Source: Macrostomum lignano (taxonomy: Eukaryota). Taken from it: DNA of 64,000 bases. Below the pieces are notes generated by a model. The model had not been told where the DNA came from and did not search any database. It saw only the letters and a list, made by a program, of their open reading frames with translations. Location: positions 372,001 through 436,000 of the forward strand of contig NIVC01000036.1 of assembly GCA_002269645.1 (NCBI GenBank), read 5' to 3'. Shown here piece by piece: positions 33,964 to 46,900 of this stretch. Within the stretch, counting starts at the first letter, position 1. Each line of letters starts with the position of its first letter. Position numbers and translations under genes: made by a program.

Positions 33964-36900
33964 TTAAAGTTCGCCAATTAGCGAATGAAAATCAACGTCG
34001 CGACGATTTCCTCGATCAATATCGTCATCATCATCCAAGTCTGGATGGTCGCTGTCAGACTCGTCGTCGCTTGCTTCAACTTCGTCCTCACTCGGCAGAG
34101 ACCGTCTTGGGCGAGTAGATTCTGGAATATATTCATATTCGGTGAATTAAGTGTGATTTTCGCCTAATATTAATATAATAATAATTGATTACACCTGCCC
34201 TAATGGCCAGATGTGCAACTGACAGCTCAGCCGCAGCTATTGCGCGGCGCATCTGAAGGCTGCGTACGGCTGTTCAGTCCAAGGACTGGGGGGTCGCCAC
34301 ACACACCGTCAATTACCCCAGCTAATAGGTAAATTTTACAGCTGGGTGAACTGAAGCAATGCAGAGTTGCTAGACACCTAGACATCTAGACACTTATGCT
34401 CCTAGACCCCTAGACCCCTAGACCCCTAGACCCCTAGACCCCTAGACCTCTAGACCTCTAGACCTCTAGACCCCTAGACCTCTAGACCTCTAGACCCCTA
34501 GACCCCTAGACCCCTAGCCCCCTAGACCCCTAGACCTCTAGACCCCTAGACCCCTAGACCCCTAGACCCCTAGACCCCTAGACCCCTAGACCCCTAGACC
34601 CCTAGACACCTCGACCCCTAGACACCTAGACACCTAGACCCCTAGACACCTATACTTCTAGACACCTATACCCCTAGACCCCATAGACACCTAAACCCCT
34701 AGACATCTAGACACCTATATCCTTAGACACCTATACCTCTAGACACCTATACCCCTAGACACCTAGACGGACGTCTAGAACCCTGGTGACTTCTACCGTA
34801 AGATGCGCTCTTCTTCGCACCTGACAGCGTGTCGTCCTCATCGCTGTCCTCCAGCTCATGGCTTAGGCGTCTTTTCGAAACTTTGCTCCGCTTTGAATAA
34901 TTTGCTTTTGTATTCTGATTGGATGGCTTTTTCCCTTGCTCAGCTATCAGACTGGCCAGAGCTTGTCTCTGTTCGTCTATCTGACGGACCAAGACTGGCG
35001 GATTCTGGGTCAGATCGGCGTTGACCAGAGCTGCCTTGGCCGCTGTGAGCCACTTCTGTGGGAGTTTGGATCGATTTTTAAGTGCTTAATATTCCACGAA
35101 AGTGCTTTTTATTCTAAGAAATGGCTTACTATTCTAAGAAATGGCTTACTATTCTAAGAAATGGCTTACTATTCTAAGAAATGGCTTACTATTCTAAGAA
35201 ATGGCTTACGGTTCTAAGAAATGGCTTACTATTCTAAGAAATGGCTTACGGTTCTAAGAAATGGCTTACTATTCTAAGAAATGGCTTACGGTTCTAAGAA
35301 ATGGCTTACTATTCTAAGAAATGGCTTACGGTTCTAAGAAATGGCTGACTATTCTAAGAAATGGCTTACGGTTCTAAGAAATGGCTTACTATTCTAAGAA
35401 ATGGCCTACGTTTATAAGAAACTGCAATTAATATTCTAAGAAATGGCTAAACTATTCTAAGAAAGGGCCAATCTTAGAAATTCTAAGAAATAAGCACAAA
35501 TCAAATCGGCGCCCACCTTCACACTCCTAATCTCGGCTATCAATTTTGAATCTTTTTCAGTTGCAGAAATGTTTGACTCCGCCAATTTTAAAACTGACTC
35601 AAGGCTAGCCAGAGCAGCTGGGCGCTTCATCAACTCGATTGCCCTGGCCGAGACGGCAGCAAAAGTTTGTTTTAATCGTTTCAACTCGGTATTTAGCATC
35701 GTTAAATTTGACGAGGATCCCGCAGCTAAAGCCTGTTCCGCCTTAGCCAAAGCAGCCAAAAGTTCTTGGCGTTCTTTTTTACTCGAGCATCTGGAGTATA
35801 TCGGTTGAACTGTGCTCGAGTTTTTCATTTGGTTGCCATGGTTACCGCTGCTATCATCGCCGAACAGCCTGGCTCGATATTCGATCACCAACGCTTCCAA
35901 ATCGTTGCGAATTTTCGATGCTGCTCGGGTCTCGAGCTCGCGACGACGGAACTGGAGAACGCTGGAGATTTTTGAGGGCTCGTTTGAGATCGTCTTTCTG
36001 TCCTTAGTTTGGCAGCTTAACGCTAATCCTTCATCTGGACACCGCTACCCTCTCTCTGATCCTTCATCTGGACACCGCTACCCTCTCTCTCTGATCCTTC
36101 ATCTGGACACCGCTACCCTCTCTCTCTGATCCTTCATCTGGACACCGCTACCCTCTCTCTCTGATCCTTCATCTGGACACCGCTACCCTCTCTCTCTGAT
36201 CCTTCATCTGGACACCGCTACCCTCTCTCTCTGATCCTTCATCTGGACACCGCTACCCTCTCTCTCTGATCCTTCATCTGGACACCGCTACCCTCTCTCT
36301 CTGATCCTTCATCTGGACACCGCTACCCTCTCTCTCTGATCCTTCATCTGGACACCGCTACCCTCTCTCTCTGATCCTTCATCTGGACACCGCTACCCTC
36401 TCTCTGATCCTTCATCTGGACACCGCTACCCTCTCTCTGATCCTTCATCTGGACACCGCTACCCTCTCTCTGATCCTTCATCTGGACACCGCTACCCTCT
36501 CTCTGATCCTTCATCTGGACACCGCTACCCTCTCTCTGATCCTTCATCTGGACACCGCTACCCTCTCTCTGATCCTTCATCTGGACACCGCTACCCTCTC
36601 TCTGATCCTTCATCTGGACACCGCTACCCTCTCTCTGATCCTTCATCTGGACACCGCTACCCTCTCTCTGATCCTTCATCTGGACACCGCTACCCTCTCT
36701 CTGATCCTTCATCTGGACACCGCTACCCTCTCTCTGATCCTTCATCTGGACACCGCTACCCTCTCTCTGATCCTTCATCTGGACACCGCTACCCTCTCTC
36801 TCATCCTTCAATGTGTTCTCTATCAATTTTTCAATTCTAAATAGTTTCATAGAAAATATTAACAAAAAAGAAATACGAATTCAACTTACACATCTCTGCT

Positions 36901-38314
36901 ATGCTGTCGCTGTTCCACCGATGGCACGGCATAGCCATATTTTACTGTTTGAAATCTAATTGGCTGATTAGCGATCTTATCAGCAATCAATTCTAGCTTA
37001 TCTAACCATAAAATTCCGCTGCTATCGTGTCTAAAAAGTGCTCCAATGCTAATTTGTTTACTATTAGTAGAAATATTGGAAAAATTTGCTCTAAATTTAT
37101 TTCGAATTTGATCAAACTCCATGGTGCAATATTTAACCAGAAGAGTAACACCAAGACACCTGAAACAAATAAGGATTTACGCATTTTTAGCTATTATGTA
37201 CTGCAAATTGTTATGAGATAATTAGTTGCCATGCAGAAGCATTTACTTACCTACGCTGAAATTCGTTCAAATTCGATGTATTATGGTATTCAAGGACAAT
37301 GCAAAACTCATCAGGTAAAGATGCAGCATCAGTCTCGAAGTTGATTGATTTCTTGTTTGGAATTGGATCGCCAATTTTGAATACCGACTGACGATTGACA
37401 TAAGAGCCTGTGATGTTGGCGCTCTGGTTTGATGGAGAGTTTAACTATTTGAGATGGTATGCTTTGTAGCATAACTAGCACTTTGTTTGCACTTTTCACT
37501 CGAGATCTCGTCTCCATTGTCCTTTGCTCTCCTCTCCTTTACTCTTTACTCTCTTTTCTCCCCTAATCTACTCTCCACTCTACTCTACCCTGTCCTCTTA
37601 TCTACTCTCCACTCTACTCTACCCTGTCCTCTTATCTACTCTCCACTCTACTCTACCCTGCCCTCTTGTCTATTCTTCACTCTACACTATTCTCTTATCT
37701 ACTCTCCACCCTACTTTCTCCTCTTATCTACTCTCTATTCTACCATCTCCTCTTTTCTATTCTTTACTCTACTCTACTCTATTTTCTTATCTACTCTTCA
37801 CTCTACCCCCTCCACATATCTACTGCTCTACTCTACCTTCTCCACTCATCTACCACTCTACTCTGCCTTCTCTATTCTACACTCTATTCTTATTTACTCT
37901 CTTCTTTACTCTCACTTCTCACCCCACTTGCCTATCTCAACAAGCAAGGAACCGTGAGGCAAGTCAATCCGAACTCACGGCAGCCACGGAGAACAAATTG
38001 ACATCAACCAATAGCATTTGCGCTGTTCCAGATTTTCTCTTAGAAAATCCGCCGTCACGTGAATGGCGCTTTCTAGCTCGATTAGTTTCCATGGCAACCA
38101 GATGCTGAACGGCTCCCAACGCGGCAGTTTCATCGGTGTTGATCGAATGACCCAGTCTGGAGCTGCATGTAAAAAAATTGATGACTACACAAATTGAACT
38201 ACTATGCTAAGTAAATTAGACTAAACTAAAATAAATTAGACTAAACTAAACTAAACCAAACTAAACTAAACTACGCCAAAATAAACTAAACAACACTAAA
38301 CTAAACTAAACTGA

Positions 38315-38345
<31 letters not shown>

Positions 38346-41300
38346 CTAAACAACACTAAACTAAACAACACTAAACTAAACTAAACTAAACTAAACTAAA
38401 CTAAACTAAACTAAACTAAACTAAACTAAACTAAACTAAACTGGACCAAACTAAAATGGACTAACTAAACTAAACTAAATAAGAAAAAACTGAACTAAGC
38501 TACTGTAAACCGAACTACACTAAACTAACCTAATTGAACTTAAATTAAACAAAACTCATATTAAACTCTCTGTGCATGGGGGGGGGGCTTGGCCCTCATG
38601 GGTGTTAATCGCACAACAACCCTTTCCTAACCCTGCCATTTTACCTTCCTAAGAATTTCATCAGCTCCTCTTGCACCAGCGGACACCGGGATCCGCCGCC
38701 CATCAGTAGCGTATCGCTGCTGCTACTACGGGTGACGTCACCAGCCAATGACGTCATCATTTCAACTGGTCGCCTCAGTCTGTTCAACAAGTCCGCAACC
38801 TTCGTTCTCAGCTGGTCTCGCGTCATCGAACCAGCTCGCCGATTGGCGCTGAGCACCCGAAATAATTGGCCGGCTTCTACTCGGGCCTTAGCAACCGAAC
38901 TAGCGTCCATAGTAACCGGTGATTTTCCGGCGTTAATTAATCGTTCAATAAAATCGAAGGTGCCAAGTGCCGGGTCGTAACCAGTGCCGAGAATTCGCAG
39001 CAGGTAGGTTTGAAAATTCTTGGAACCGGTCACTTTCTGATAAGCTAAAAATATATTAAGGGTTTCAATATCTTTTTAGATGTACGTTATTGTATGTAGA
39101 TGGTAGATTTTGAAGGCCTGTTATTGTATGTAGATGGTAGATTTTGAAGGCCTGTTATTGTATGTAGATGGTAGATTTTGAAGGCCTGTTATTGTATGTA
39201 GATGGTAGATTTTGAAGGCCTGTTATTGTATGTAGATGGTAGATTTTGAAAGCCTGTTATTGTATGTAGATGGTAGATTTTGAAGGCCTGTTATTGTATG
39301 TAGATGGTAGATTTTGAAGGCCTGTTATTGTATGTAGATGGTAGATTTTGAAGGCCTGTTATTGTATGTAGATGGTAGATTTTGAAGGCCTGTTATTGTA
39401 TGTAGATGGTAGATTTTGAAGGCTTGTTATTGTATGTAGATGGTAGATTTTGAAGGCCTGTTATTGTATGTAGATGGTAGATTTTGAAGGCCTGTTATTG
39501 TATGTAGATGGTAGATTTTGAAGGCCTGTTATTGTATGTAGATGGTAGATTTTGAAGGCCTGTTATTGTATGTAGATGATAGATTTTGAAGGCCTGTTAT
39601 TGTATGTAGATGGTAGATTTTGAAGGCTTGTTATTGTATGTAGATGGTAGATTTTGAAGGCCTGTTATTGTATGTAGATGGTAGATTTTGAAGGCCTGTT
39701 ATTGTATGTAGATGGTAGATTTTGAAGGCCTGTTATTGTATGTAGATGGTAGATTTTGAAGGCCTGTTATTGTATGTAGATGATAGATTTTGAAGGCCTG
39801 TTATTGTATGTAGATGGTAGATTTTGAAGGCCTGTTATTGTATGTAGATGGTAGATTTTGAAGGCTTGTTATTGTATGTAGATGGTAGATTTTGAAGGCT
39901 TGTTATTGTATGTAGATGGTAGATTTTGAAGGCCTGTTATTGTATGTAGATGGTAGATTTTGAAGGCCTGTTATTGTATGTAGATGGTAGATTTTGAAGG
40001 CCTGTTATTGTATGTAGATGGTAGATTTTGAAGGCCTGTTATTGTATGTAGATGGTAGATTTTGAAGGCCTGTTATTGTATGTAGATGGTAGATTTTGAA
40101 GGCCTGTTATTGTATGTAGATGATAGATTTTGAAGGCCTGTTATTGTATGTAGATGATAGATTTTGAAGGCCTGTTATTGCATCTAGATGATATAGTTTG
40201 AAGGCCTGTTATTGCATGTACGAGTAGATGATAGATTTTGAAGGCCTGTTATTGTATCTAGATGACAGATTGCCTACTTGCTCTCAGGGCACTTACATGC
40301 AGCAGTGCTGACAGTAAAAGATGCGCCTAGATCGAAGAATGTACGCGACTGAGGCTTGGAACCCAGACTTGACAAGATGCTGTTGCCATAGTTCAGAGCA
40401 ACTGAAACCGAATAAGCGAGGAATCCATTTTGGTTGAAAGTTATCACTTCACCGGATCAAGCTACTTATAGTACCTAAACCAATTTCCTTAAAACTGACA
40501 AGCATAAGGACACAATTAACATCGAACTGACACTTGAAATGATGCACCTGACAACCAACTGACACTCAAAGCTACGGCTCTGACAACCAACTGACACTCA
40601 AAGCTACGCCTCTGACAACCCACTGACACCCAGAGCTACGTTTCTGACAACCCACTGACACTCAAAGCTACGTCTCTGACAACCAACTGACACCCAAAGC
40701 TACGTCTCTGACAACCCACTGACACCCAAAGCTACGTCTCTGACAACCAACTGACACCCAGAGCTACGTCTCTGACAACCCACTGACCCAAAGCTACGTC
40801 TCTGACAACCCACTGACACTCAAAGCTACGTCTCTGACAACCAACTGACACCCAAAGCTACGTCTCTGACAACCCACTGACACTCAAAGCTACGTCTCTG
40901 ACAACCAACTGACACCCAAAGCTACGTCTCTGACAACCAACTGACACCCAAAGCTACGTCTCTGACAACCCACTGACACTCAAAGCTACGTCTCTGACAA
41001 CCAACTGACACCCAGAGCTACGTCTCTGACAACCAACTGACACCCAAAGCTACGTTTCTGACAACCCACTGACACTCAAAGCTACGTCTCTGACAACCAA
41101 CTGACACCCAAAGCTACGTCTCTGACAACCCACTGACACCCAAAGCTACGTCTCTGACAACCCACTGACACCCAAAGCTACGTCTCTGACAACCAACTGA
41201 CACCCAAAGCTACGTCTCTGACAACCAACTGACACCCAGAGCTACGCCTCTGACAGCCTCAGTTTGGCCACAACTGACCTGCAGCGTTGTTGTTGACCAG

Positions 41301-43135
41301 CCGAGCAGCTGGAATCCCGGCATACTGTGCAGCGCGCAGAATTGCGCCACGTTCCGCTTGTCCCCAAAATGGCGGCGTTGCTATGGCAACTTCGAATTCA
41401 CTTTTCGAGCTATTTTTAGTTGTAGAATTGTCCACACTATCGTCGTCTAGAAATGTTTTTGCTGTCTCGATTGCTGCTTCTAGTAGCATGGCAGACAGTT
41501 GCTCCACAGACAAGCGAAGATTTCTGTAAGTTAATGGTAACTTCTAGTGGTCCTTGAAAATGACTTGCTTCGGTTGGAATCGAATTCGAATACTTACCCA
41601 CTAAGCAGAAACTCCAATGTACCGTCCGCTCCAACAACTATTCGATGATGGGGATATCGTTGACGATAGAGTTCCACCATGGGACTGTTTAGTTGGCAAC
41701 CAAGTAGAAGCGGCAGGTGCAGAAAGGTCTGATCTGGATGCTTCTTTGCCTGCCAGTAATGCGAGTTTTACTCTGACATATTTAGCTATACAGTGATGAT
41801 GAACATTTTCTGGTACAATAACAGTACTGATAAAGAGTGTGAAACATACCATAGACAAAGCTGAGTCACCAATAAGACGTTCACCGTCTCTGAAAGCTAC
41901 TGCCGTAGACATTTTTCTCCGAGCTTCGCTAAAATTTTTATATAAATGTTAGCCATCATGGTTGATTATAAAGACATCTCATGTGTCAGTATTGTTTCAA
42001 TAAGATTTAACAGTAGGAATAACAAGTCATCTTTCCGCCCGTCGAACTACCGAGAGGAGAACCCCCCTCTGACAATTTTTTGCTGCCTCGCGGAACGCAG
42101 AACGTAGACACACGAAATTGAAGAACACGGAATGCTAAATGTTCGTTGCGCACCTTCTCGAACAAGAATCAAGTCGCCAGTCTTCCGGAACGTTGAGATT
42201 TTAAACGATTCTACCAGGTTGGATGAATGCTCGAATCGTCTCAAGGCATTGAGTCGTAGACGTCGCCAGCTAATTCAACGGGTTGAGGTTTGTACATTAT
42301 TTAAGCTTGGTCAGCGAAATCAAAGAAATTCGCAACCGGGTGGTTCGTAGTCACCTGGTGCCATCTGTTGAAGGTCCAGAAGCTCTGTGATTCAAACACA
42401 GGTGGTCTATGTGTTGATGAAATTGTGTTGACGGACAGGGTGCATTGAATATCTTGACGGTCTAGAGAGCTGCATGGGGACTTGATTCTTGTTTGAGAAG
42501 GTGTGCAATAGAATTAGTTAACCCGTTGTTCATAAATTTCGTGTGCCTGTGTAGCTCTGTTCCGGCGCAGCAAAAAATATACATATGTACCTCTAAGTAT
42601 ACATATGTACATCTGTACCTCTCGGTAGTTCTACTGTTTATAAACAAATGACTTTACCTGTTTAATGCAATCTCTAATTGTCTTCCTGGCTAAAATTTTA
42701 AACATAATATATGCATGAATAAGGAACCTGAATTATTTTGCTGGATGTAATGGCAATAAAAAATTAAGGTTAAAAATTCAAACCTTTAAGACGGCCACTT
42801 TTATGTACTCAGAGCCAAAATCAATGCCAAGCAGAACTTTTGATCCTGAAATTCAGCATGAAGAGATGCTCAGATGACTTTGCAAATCTTATAAGTTATA
42901 TATGTTGCTATGGGTTGTCATAACGCAGAATTTAGTTATGACACTAATTTTATTAGTCAATTTTATCAAAAAGGCACATACGAAAAGGCACGCTTTTTAT
43001 GAACAGATATCAGTAGTTAATCAAAAAAATTAATTTGTACAGGCATTACATTTTATAGCCTTTATTCTTACCCATCCCAGTAGAAATGGTCATACTGCAT
43101 AAATATAGAACGAATAAGCAAAATTTAATAGACAT
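33964..43135 (-). CDS. HYOU1: Divergent hypoxia up-regulated protein 1 (GRP170, ER Hsp110/Hsp70 family), ~892 aa, 14 exons
   Basis: Exons 43072-43135, 42784-42845, 42658-42689, 41850-41928, 41598-41749, 41279-41523, 40297-40401, 38645-39044, 37979-38162, 37251-37444, 36890-37159, 35517-36015 (acceptor uncertain), 34821-35055, 33964-34121. Signal peptide; LGIDFGSEYIKVAVLKPG, PPFWGQAERGAIL, ALNYG, GGGSRCPLVQ, INTDETAALGA, RNDLEA; ends IGEL*. Confidence 0.9.
34185..34365 (-). mobile_element. SINE family B, 5'-truncated copy
   Basis: Reverse-complement match to the 3' half of 15574-15895 (GGACTGAACAGCCGTACGCAGCCTTC...GCGGCTGAGCTG...GCACATCTG). Confidence 0.8.
34370..34768. repeat. 8-bp repeat (CCCCTAGA)n
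   Basis: HYOU1 intron 13. Confidence 0.93.
35108..35490. repeat. 20-bp minisatellite (ATTCTAAGAAATGGCTTACT)
   Basis: HYOU1 intron 12. Confidence 0.94.
36024..36808. repeat. 33/35-bp minisatellite (CTGATCCTTCATCTGGACACCGCTACCCTCTCT)
   Basis: HYOU1 intron 11; 35-bp units mostly first, then 33-bp units. Confidence 0.96.
37520..37920. repeat. CT-rich low-complexity tract (CTCTA-type)
   Basis: HYOU1 intron 9. Confidence 0.8.
38210..38560. repeat. (CTAAA)n pentanucleotide array
   Basis: HYOU1 intron 8; reads (TTTAG)n on the gene's sense strand. Confidence 0.93.
39078..40270. repeat. 34-bp minisatellite (GTAGATGGTAGATTTTGAAGGCCTGTTATTGTAT)
   Basis: About 34 copies filling HYOU1 intron 7. Confidence 0.97.
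40548..41255. repeat. 32-bp minisatellite (TCTGACAACCCACTGACACCCAAAGCTACGTC)
   Basis: About 22 copies in HYOU1 intron 6. Confidence 0.96.
42039..42636. mobile_element. Old non-autonomous TIR element in HYOU1 intron 3
   Basis: GAACTACCGAGAGG (42044-42057) pairs with CCTCTCGGTAGTTC (42618-42631); inner arms ~42076-42182 and ~42474-42578 are imperfect inverted repeats. Confidence 0.65.
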
Positions 43136-43921
43136 TATTGCAATAAATCGAATAGCGCTGTTAAGTAATTCTTAAATATAATCACTTGGTAATTTATTCA
43201 GGGCAAAATAATCACACGAGGCACATAAAAATTCTTTAGATAAAATTAAAAACTTAGTCTTAGAAAGATAAAGATTTACAATTTTACATGTACATTTTTC
43301 CTCCTAAAAGGTAAGATAAAGACTTGCAGTAATTTTTATCAAGGATAAATGTTTCGTCTGAATGAATTAAAACTCCTCCTAACAGCCGAGTAAACTATTA
43401 AAACACTGCGTACGCGACGACAGTCGAAGGAAAAATGTATTGAGTTAAAAGCGAGCGCATTGTGACACGTAATCTTGAAATTGCGCGCGATGTATTTACA
43501 CGAAAACTGGTTAAACAAATCCTCTGTTGCTTTGCAAATTTTTTTAACATTTAAAACTCTATGGTTCATAATTTAGAGCTTTATAAAGTAACTCCTATAT
43601 TCTCGTGTGCTTTTTGCGTCTGTTTTTGTGTGCGTCGTCTTAAAACGCACAAGCGAATGTCACACTACACGAACCAGTCTTTTAATCGAAGTTAATCTTA
43701 ATGGTGATCTTCACCACGGTCAAATCTTAATTTTACTTTGTTATTTCTCTACGAACTATAATTAAGCTTGTACTATCACTTAATAAATACTGCTTTTCGC
43801 AGGCCTAGGCCTAGCTTTTCTTATATACTATAAATTTCAAACAACTGGAATTGTCTTTGGCTTTGTTTCTCTTGTCCATCTATCTCTATCTGAGCTTCTA
43901 CTATACCTAGCCAGTGTAAAA
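43136..43921. promoter_or_regulatory. Putative bidirectional promoter between HYOU1-like and TFIIS
   Basis: Head-to-head start codons about 790 bp apart; AT-rich with a local cluster of CGCG motifs at ~43400-43660. Confidence 0.45.
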
Positions 43922-46900
43922 ATGTCTGTTGATGGAATAGACTACCAGCGAATTGCCAAGAAGTTGGAGAAAATGACTACCAAGAATAAAATTGTAAGTA
44001 GGCCTAGAAAGTTAACCTCTGGCTCTAAAGCTGTTTTGATTTTATTTTCATGCCTCATGTCTGCAACTATTGCCTATTAGGCCTTCTCAAGAAAGTATTT
44101 GACTATTAGTATTATAATCATCAAGGACTAGGCAAAAAAGTTAGAGTATATTAGACTTGTAGTATATATATCCATTTTTGGTCTAGGCCTTGCATCATTT
44201 ACATGACAACTTTAAAATATAGGGGCCTATTTAATTTAATAAAATTTTATAAAATTTTCTTACTAAGCTTATATATACTACATTAGTATAAAAACCTAAC
44301 CTAGGCCTAGTATTATTAGTATTAGTATGTAAGTAAGGTCTATTCTAGACTAAATTTTTATTTACTAAAGAAAGGCATAAAGCTAGTAATAACATCTTAG
44401 ATTACAACTTCAATTATGCTTGTTGAAATAAATACAAAATAAATGATACATAGATGATTAATAGTTGTCTTCATCTTTTTGGTTTAGTTTAGCTAAATTT
44501 TTTTAGAATGTTAGGCCTTATATTATATTATTGTTTATTAGACCTAACTTGATTAAATCAATGATTGGAATCATAACTCATAAGGAATTTATTTAATAAG
44601 GGTCTTATTCTTAGCCAATCTTAGGCCTATGACTTGCCAATATCAATACGCCTAATATAAAAAGCTAATTTTAATAAAAACTAAGCCTAATGAATAACTT
44701 TGCAATGCAATTACTAAAATAAAAATAAAGAAAAACTTAAAAAGTATTTTGTATTGCTTGTATTAGATAATGATAAACTAGGAGGGCCTATATTGTCTCT
44801 TATAAAGATGGCTCTTAGAAACTTTTAAAAAACTATTCTCAAAAAATCTTTGTTTTGTATTTCTAAAATAATAATAAAATGTTAAGTTCTCTTACAAAAA
44901 ATCATTTAAATATAAGCTTCAAGATAGAGACCCAAACTTTAATAAAGCTTTGGTCAAAGGAAATAGAAAGTAAATTTTTAAATGTATACTTTAATAAAAT
45001 TATTTCTTATTCTTAGTATTTTGAAAGTACTTAGTGGATCTTTTTTATTTACCAAAAGAGGTAGATACCCCTTTAGCTTCTCTCTTCAATTATACATATT
45101 ATATATATTCATATATACAGAATAATATAGAGGCAAAAGACTATGTTTTACCCTAATATGCCACTTCATTCAGAATGCTATTTTTCCTTAACTCTCCAAT
45201 TGCCTCCTTCAGGGTTCTTGCTCTTCATTTAATTTGCTTGTGCTTTGAGTGCAACTAAGTGACATTATTACACAACTAGCAAAATGCATTACCACCCATT
45301 CTGCCAACTCTCTTGAGCAGGCATGCAAGAATATAGACATGTATTTATTCATATTAACCTAGGCACCACTACTACACACTGACACAAGAGTGTAGAGCAG
45401 ACCTAACTTGATTGTTAGGCATGCACACTTCACTGTGCCATTGGGTTGGCCTTTAAGGCCAGTAATTGCACAAGCAGAGCCAAGCCGAGATTCCAATTAA
45501 GCTATCCACAAATTAATGTAACTGCACTTGGAATCAAGCCTGGGCCGCTGGAACATAAGAATGCCATGCCACTTTAGACCACTGGGCTATGGCCCCTACA
45601 GTTTTATTATTTGCTAAAAATGTAGAGGTTAATCCGTATACCTTGAAAAGAACCATTGCACCAAACTGTCTAAATCTCCCAGGATGAGGCCAAGGTGGCC
45701 CGCTACCTGTCCCAGCTGCGCGAGGCCACCATCACCATAGCTGTGCTGCAGAAAACCGGCCTTGGCATTATTGTGAATCGTCTGCGACGCGGACTCAAAT
45801 CCGACACTCTGCTGTCCGAAGCCCGACAGCTTATTAAGAAATGGAAGAAGCTGTTGGATTCTGCCCAGCAACAACAGCAGGCCGCTGCCGCTGCTGCGCC
45901 GTCACCGACAGCTGATGAGAATGGCAGCGGAGCCGACACCACTGAGGCTAAACGACCTCGCGTCGATGCAGACGAAGAGGCCAGTCCGAATGGAAGCAGC
46001 GAAGGCGCCGCCACCGCCATAGCCGCTCCAGCCGTCACTTTTAAAGAGTCCGAGAGACTGCGAACCACCGATTCAGTTCGGCTGAAATGCCGCGAAATGC
46101 TGCAACAGGTTAGCAGTTTTTTGTAAAGTACTTTCTCTTCTTTTATTTGAAAATATTCGCAATATTTCCTGTCTATTATAGATTTTATTTATGTCCTAAT
46201 CAGTGATCCCCACACACCTGTCCTAATCAGTGATCCCGACACACCTGTCCTAATCAGTGATCCCCACACACCTGTTCTAATCAGTGATCCCCACACACCT
46301 GTTCTAATCAGTGATCCACACACCTGTCCTAATCAGTGATCCCCACACACCTGTCCTAATCAGTTATCCCCAGACACCTGTCCTAATCAGTGATCCCCAT
46401 TCCCCACACACCTGTCCTAATCAGTGATCCCCACACACCTGTCCTAATCAGTGATCCCCACACACCTGTCCTAATCAGTGATCCCCATTCCCCACACACC
46501 TGTCCTAATCAGTGATCCCCACACCTGTCCTAATCAGTGATCCCCACACACTTGTCCTAATCAGTGATCCCCACACACCTGTTCTAATCAGTGATCCCCA
46601 CACACCTGTTCTAATCAGTGATCCCCATACACCTGTCCTAATCAGTGATCCCCACACACCTGTTCTAATCAGTGATCCCCACACACCTGTTCTAATCAGT
46701 GATCCACACACACCTGTCCTAATCAGTGATCCCCATTCCCCACACACCTGTTCTAATCAGTGATCCCCACACACCTGTCCTAATCAGTGATCCCCACACA
46801 CCTGTCCTAATCAGTGATCCCCACACACCTGTCCTAATCAGTGATCCCCACACACCTGTCCTAATCAGTGATCCCCATACACCTGTCCTAATCAGTGATC

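Noticed and set aside
42047-42244. ORF considered as the first HYOU1 exon
   Set aside because: Phase is incompatible, it lies within an inverted-repeat element, and the true IDFGSE and signal-peptide exons were found at 42784-42845 and 43072-43135.
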